A DNA stretch of 37,261 nucleotides, from contig QPMI01000506.1 of NCBI GenBank assembly GCA_004431415.1, positions 1 to 37,261 on the forward strand, in the 5' to 3' direction. The translations under genes and the position numbers were made by a program. Positions 34,110-37,261 of this stretch are shown here, in pieces. A model generated the notes under the pieces. The model was not told the DNA's origin, searched no databases, and saw only the letters and a program-made list of their open reading frames with translations. This DNA is from Cyanophora paradoxa CCMP329. Taxonomy: Eukaryota > Plantae > Glaucophyta. Every line of letters begins with the position of its first letter. Position 1 is the first letter of the stretch.

Positions 34110-34467
34110 AACCGAGTGCTGGGCCGCGTCGGGCGCGCGCAGCATCTTCAGCGACCTAGCATCGCATCCGTGGTAGGTTTGAGCGCTGCCGCATGCATCT
34201 GAGTGCCCGAGCTGGCGCCCGCACGCTCGACGGGCGCGCGTCCAGGGCAGCGCGCGCGCAGCCCGCCCGGCCACACGAACCACTTGTATGTATGATACAA
34301 AGACCTCTTACGCTACTAGCTCGCCGGCGCCGCGCCCGGGCTCCTGTTCACTATGCCAGGATCGGCTGCCAGGGACTGCCTGCCTGGCCGCTGCCATGCC
34401 CGGTGCATGTGCTACGTATTTGTTCCACCAAGGAGCGCCCGCTCGCCGCCCCTGCCTTGCACCATGA

Positions 34468-34536
34468 CCATATACAACAATCCCTCCGGGAATTGAAGCA
34501 AATGCTCCTGGGGGGGTGCACACCAAGGCCCTGACA
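34468..34536 (-). repeat. Right terminal inverted repeat (degenerate), followed by TSD CTCGGC at 34537-34542
   Basis: Ends ...GGGGGGGTGCACACCAAGGCCCTGACA|CTCGGC and matches the left TIR in blocks. Confidence 0.8.
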
Positions 34537-34634
34537 CTCGGCGGCTTTCGCGCAATCTTTTATATGAAATAAGATCCTAATTATAAGCTCGAATCTTGAC
34601 CCCGTAGCTGGTCGCGCCGCGCCCCCGCGCGCAG

Positions 34635-37036
34635 TGAACCGTGTGTCGGCGGGGCGTTCGGCGCGGACGCGGGGAGGGCGTCCTGTGCTTCGTCGCCTCC
34701 CCGAAGGACGGGTCCCTCATCGCCGCGTCGGCGACCCGTCCGCCGCGAATTCGAAGGACTCCCACCTCGTCAAGGTGCACTTTGCGCGGTCGCTCAAGGC
34801 TGCCGCATGTGCACGCGGGCGGCCGCTGACTCGCGCCACGCCCGGCTCCGCGATCGATATCGCTTGCGATCGCAGCTCAGCGCGCCGACATGGACGACGG
34901 TGGCGGCGACGTCGCGGGAGCTCGGCCTGACGCAGGCGGAGGTCGAGGGCGGCCCAAGGTCCTCCAGAAGGGCGCCATGAACTGCACCATCGACGCCGCA
35001 GGTGCGCATAATTGAATAGAATATAAATATATATTGTACATGTGCTCGCGCTCGAGCAGCTCTTGACGGCGCGTGCGCTGCAGGCAGTACGCGTACTTCG
35101 CGAGCTCGCGGGAGGTGATTCAGGTCGACGCCGCCACGCTCGCGACGACCGCCACCTACCAGCTCGATCCGGACAGGGCCTACGGCGTCGTTGCGATCCA
35201 CGCCGCCGGCAATCATGTGCGTCTGGCCCCTCGCATTGACAATTCATATTAATAATTTGCGAACTGTATCACAGGTTTACGTCGTCGCTTCCCGCCGAAG
35301 CGCAGTGAGCATGAGCGGCGACAGCCCCGTCGGTCGTGTCGATCGCCTCAATACTGCGGCGGTCTCGCCCGACCTCGGGGGCCATGAAGCGGGACCTGCG
35401 TGCCGTGGCCATGCGCCTCGCCGTCAACCAGTCGGTCGATCTCCCCGCGACCCTCGGCCGCCGCGCGCGTCGGTCCTGGCGCCCACGGCGGGCCTCCTCT
35501 TCGTGGCCGGCGACGGCCTCGGGCGCGGGTGCTCCGCCTCGACGACATCACCGTCCACGCCGACGCGCCGCGGATCACGGAGGGCAGCGCCGCGATGGAG
35601 GGCCCGTACAGCGGGGCCGTCGTGGAGAAGGACGGGCGCCTCTACGTCCTCTCCCTCCCAACCCGCCCCGACCCCGACGCCGTCCCAAGCCCTAGCCGAG
35701 CCCGTCCCCTTCCGCGACGCCGAGCCGACTCCGGCTCCCGTTTGCAATCCCTGCATGTTCAGACGGCCTTGCTCGCGGCCGCGGGGGCGCCGGCGCTCGC
35801 GAGGAGCACGGGCGGTCGCTGCTCTCCTTGCCGAGCTGCGGCAATTGCGCGGGCGGACAGCTACCTGCGGGGCAGTCGTGCACGCAGTGCTCTGCTCCTG
35901 CTCCTTATTGCCCACCCGGGGTAATTGGCTGCGGCCCTCCTCCCATGAGAATTCGCCGCTCTAGATCTCTCCTTTCGGACGCTGCGGGCGCGCACGCCCT
36001 CCTCACGCTCTTCCACTTCGGAGTTTCTGGTAGCTCGTGCGCTTATGCATATATATGTTTACGATTGTTTTCGTTTCTTTCCATTCATGTGCATGATACC
36101 CCGGTATCGTGCTGTTTGCAGCGTGACGATCTCGCGCAATGACACGTATCGCGCTGAGCTCTCGGTGCGCCGAATCGCACTTTTGTTAATAAAAAACAAG
36201 TCCGACGTGCACATCAACATGTTAATGCTTGATGTCGCTGCGCAGCCTCCTCTCCGTCCTCCTCGAGCCTGCCCTTCCTCTTCTTCCCCTGCGCCTCCGT
36301 CATCCCGGCGCCAACGCCGCCCCGACTGACGCGCGCGCCTACGCCATCGTCCCCTCGGAAGGCGGCCACGGTGCTTTGCACGCGTTTCTCGGTTTCACTT
36401 GCGGAATTCGAAGGACGCTCATCGCTGACCAGCGGCCGCTTGCGCATAGCGATCGCGGCCTTCTCGCTGTATCCCTCGCTGAGCAAGGTCGGACCGCCAG
36501 CTCGATCAACGGCAACCTCTCGAAGGTCCTGCAGGTGCGACTCGCAATTCGCTTCAGCAACGCTGGCGCCATCTCCGGTTTTTCCGGCTCTCAAATTCGA
36601 CTGCCCTTCAGGTGGTCCGCGCGGGCCGAACAGCGCCACCGTCTTCATGGGGTCCCGGGGGTGCCGACCCCACGCCGTCGCCCAGCCCGAGCCCGTCGCG
36701 TCTGCGACCCGAGCCCGACCCCGTCTGCGACGCCGAGCCCGTCGCCGACGCCGATCCCGTTGACGACGCCGAGGCCTTGCACACTCTCAGAGTCTGCTTT
36801 GAAAACAAACGCCACTCTAGATCTCGAGCTCGATCTTTGTCAGCGGCATTCCCATGTGCGCGAACTGCGTTGCCAACGCCCTGGCGGATGGAGCAGCGTG
36901 CGAGCAGTGCTACCAATGCGTTTCTTGCAACACCCCTTGTCGGAAACGTGCACTGCTTGAGGAGAAGAACGTTAACGCGTCGACGGCTGCGGTAACGATC
37001 GCAAACCGACGCACAGGCGCTATTGGCGGAAGGTGA
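34635..37036 (+). CDS. Downstream exons of the host surface/secreted protein (beta-strand-rich repeats, P/S/T stalks, Cys-rich modules)
   Basis: 'QYAYFASSREVIQVDAATLATTATYQL', 'VYVVAS', 'GLLFVAGDG', 'DGRLYVLS', PSPTPSATPSPSPTP tracts, and CxxC-rich ends ('CANCVAN...CEQCYQCVSCNTPC'). Frameshifts are present and the exon structure is approximate. Confidence 0.55.
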
Positions 37037-37261
37037 CGGCGGCATTGTGCTCTGTCCGGGATGCAGATTGTCGGCCGATTGTGATACGTCAATTGGATTT
37101 GTGAGATCAGGAGGCTCCTGTGGCGGTTGCCCAGCACTAGTCGGCATTCACGTTCAATTCTTGACTACGAGAGAGATACTGACACAGGCGAGTGCGATGA
37201 CTGAGAACTCGAATGACGTGCACGTTACATTAACGTATATTTTTTTTCAGGATAGCCCAAT

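Larger units (their letters stand above)
15428..34536. mobile_element. 19.1-kb IS3EU-like DDE DNA transposon with cargo genes
   Basis: TSD CTCGGC at 15422-15427 and 34537-34542. Imperfect TIRs at both ends. Internal IS3/integrase-core transposase gene. Densely packed genes with less extreme GC than the flanks. Confidence 0.85.

Noticed and set aside
15431-34533. hAT element suggested by CAGGG...CCCTG ends
   Set aside because: No 8-bp TSD at those positions and no hAT transposase. Extending each end by 3 bp gives a perfect 6-bp TSD.
15428-34536. Polinton/virophage or endogenous virus (6-bp TSD, integrase-like gene, cysteine protease, ~19 kb)
   Set aside because: No protein-primed PolB, packaging ATPase or capsid motif was recognised, genes are intron-rich, and the recombinase matches the IS3EU-type pattern. 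Not fully excluded until orphans A and B are structurally searched.

Overview
Very GC-rich, intron-dense eukaryotic DNA with short GT-AG introns. A Phe-initiated ('MAF...') plastid transit peptide points to a glaucophyte such as Cyanophora (inference). Most ORF-track entries are GC-rich artefacts, so genes were rebuilt by hand across introns. Bases 1-13 kb hold host genes: a soluble-adenylyl-cyclase/P-loop gene, a thylakoid-lumen FKBP, a hypothetical gene, a PRPP synthetase and a possible thioredoxin-fold gene. The main result is a 19,109-bp mobile element (15428-34536). It is bounded by degenerate ~70-bp terminal inverted repeats (TATCAGGG.../...CCCTGACA) and a perfect 6-bp target-site duplication (CTCGGC), and it appears to sit in the first intron of a host surface/secreted-protein gene. 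The element encodes a spliced IS3EU-like DDE transposase and a truncated paralog. Its cargo is chromatin/ubiquitin-related: a SET methyltransferase, a Ulp1-type SUMO-like protease, a RING-H2+PHD+PHD protein, an Ada-like Zn-finger protein and three orphan genes. It also carries a 1.3-kb palindrome of ~180-bp units at its midpoint, a recurrent TTGACG-N4-CGTCAA upstream motif, and a duplicated leader placed in front of two unrelated genes. Many frameshifts are single-base losses in homopolymers and are probably sequencing errors.
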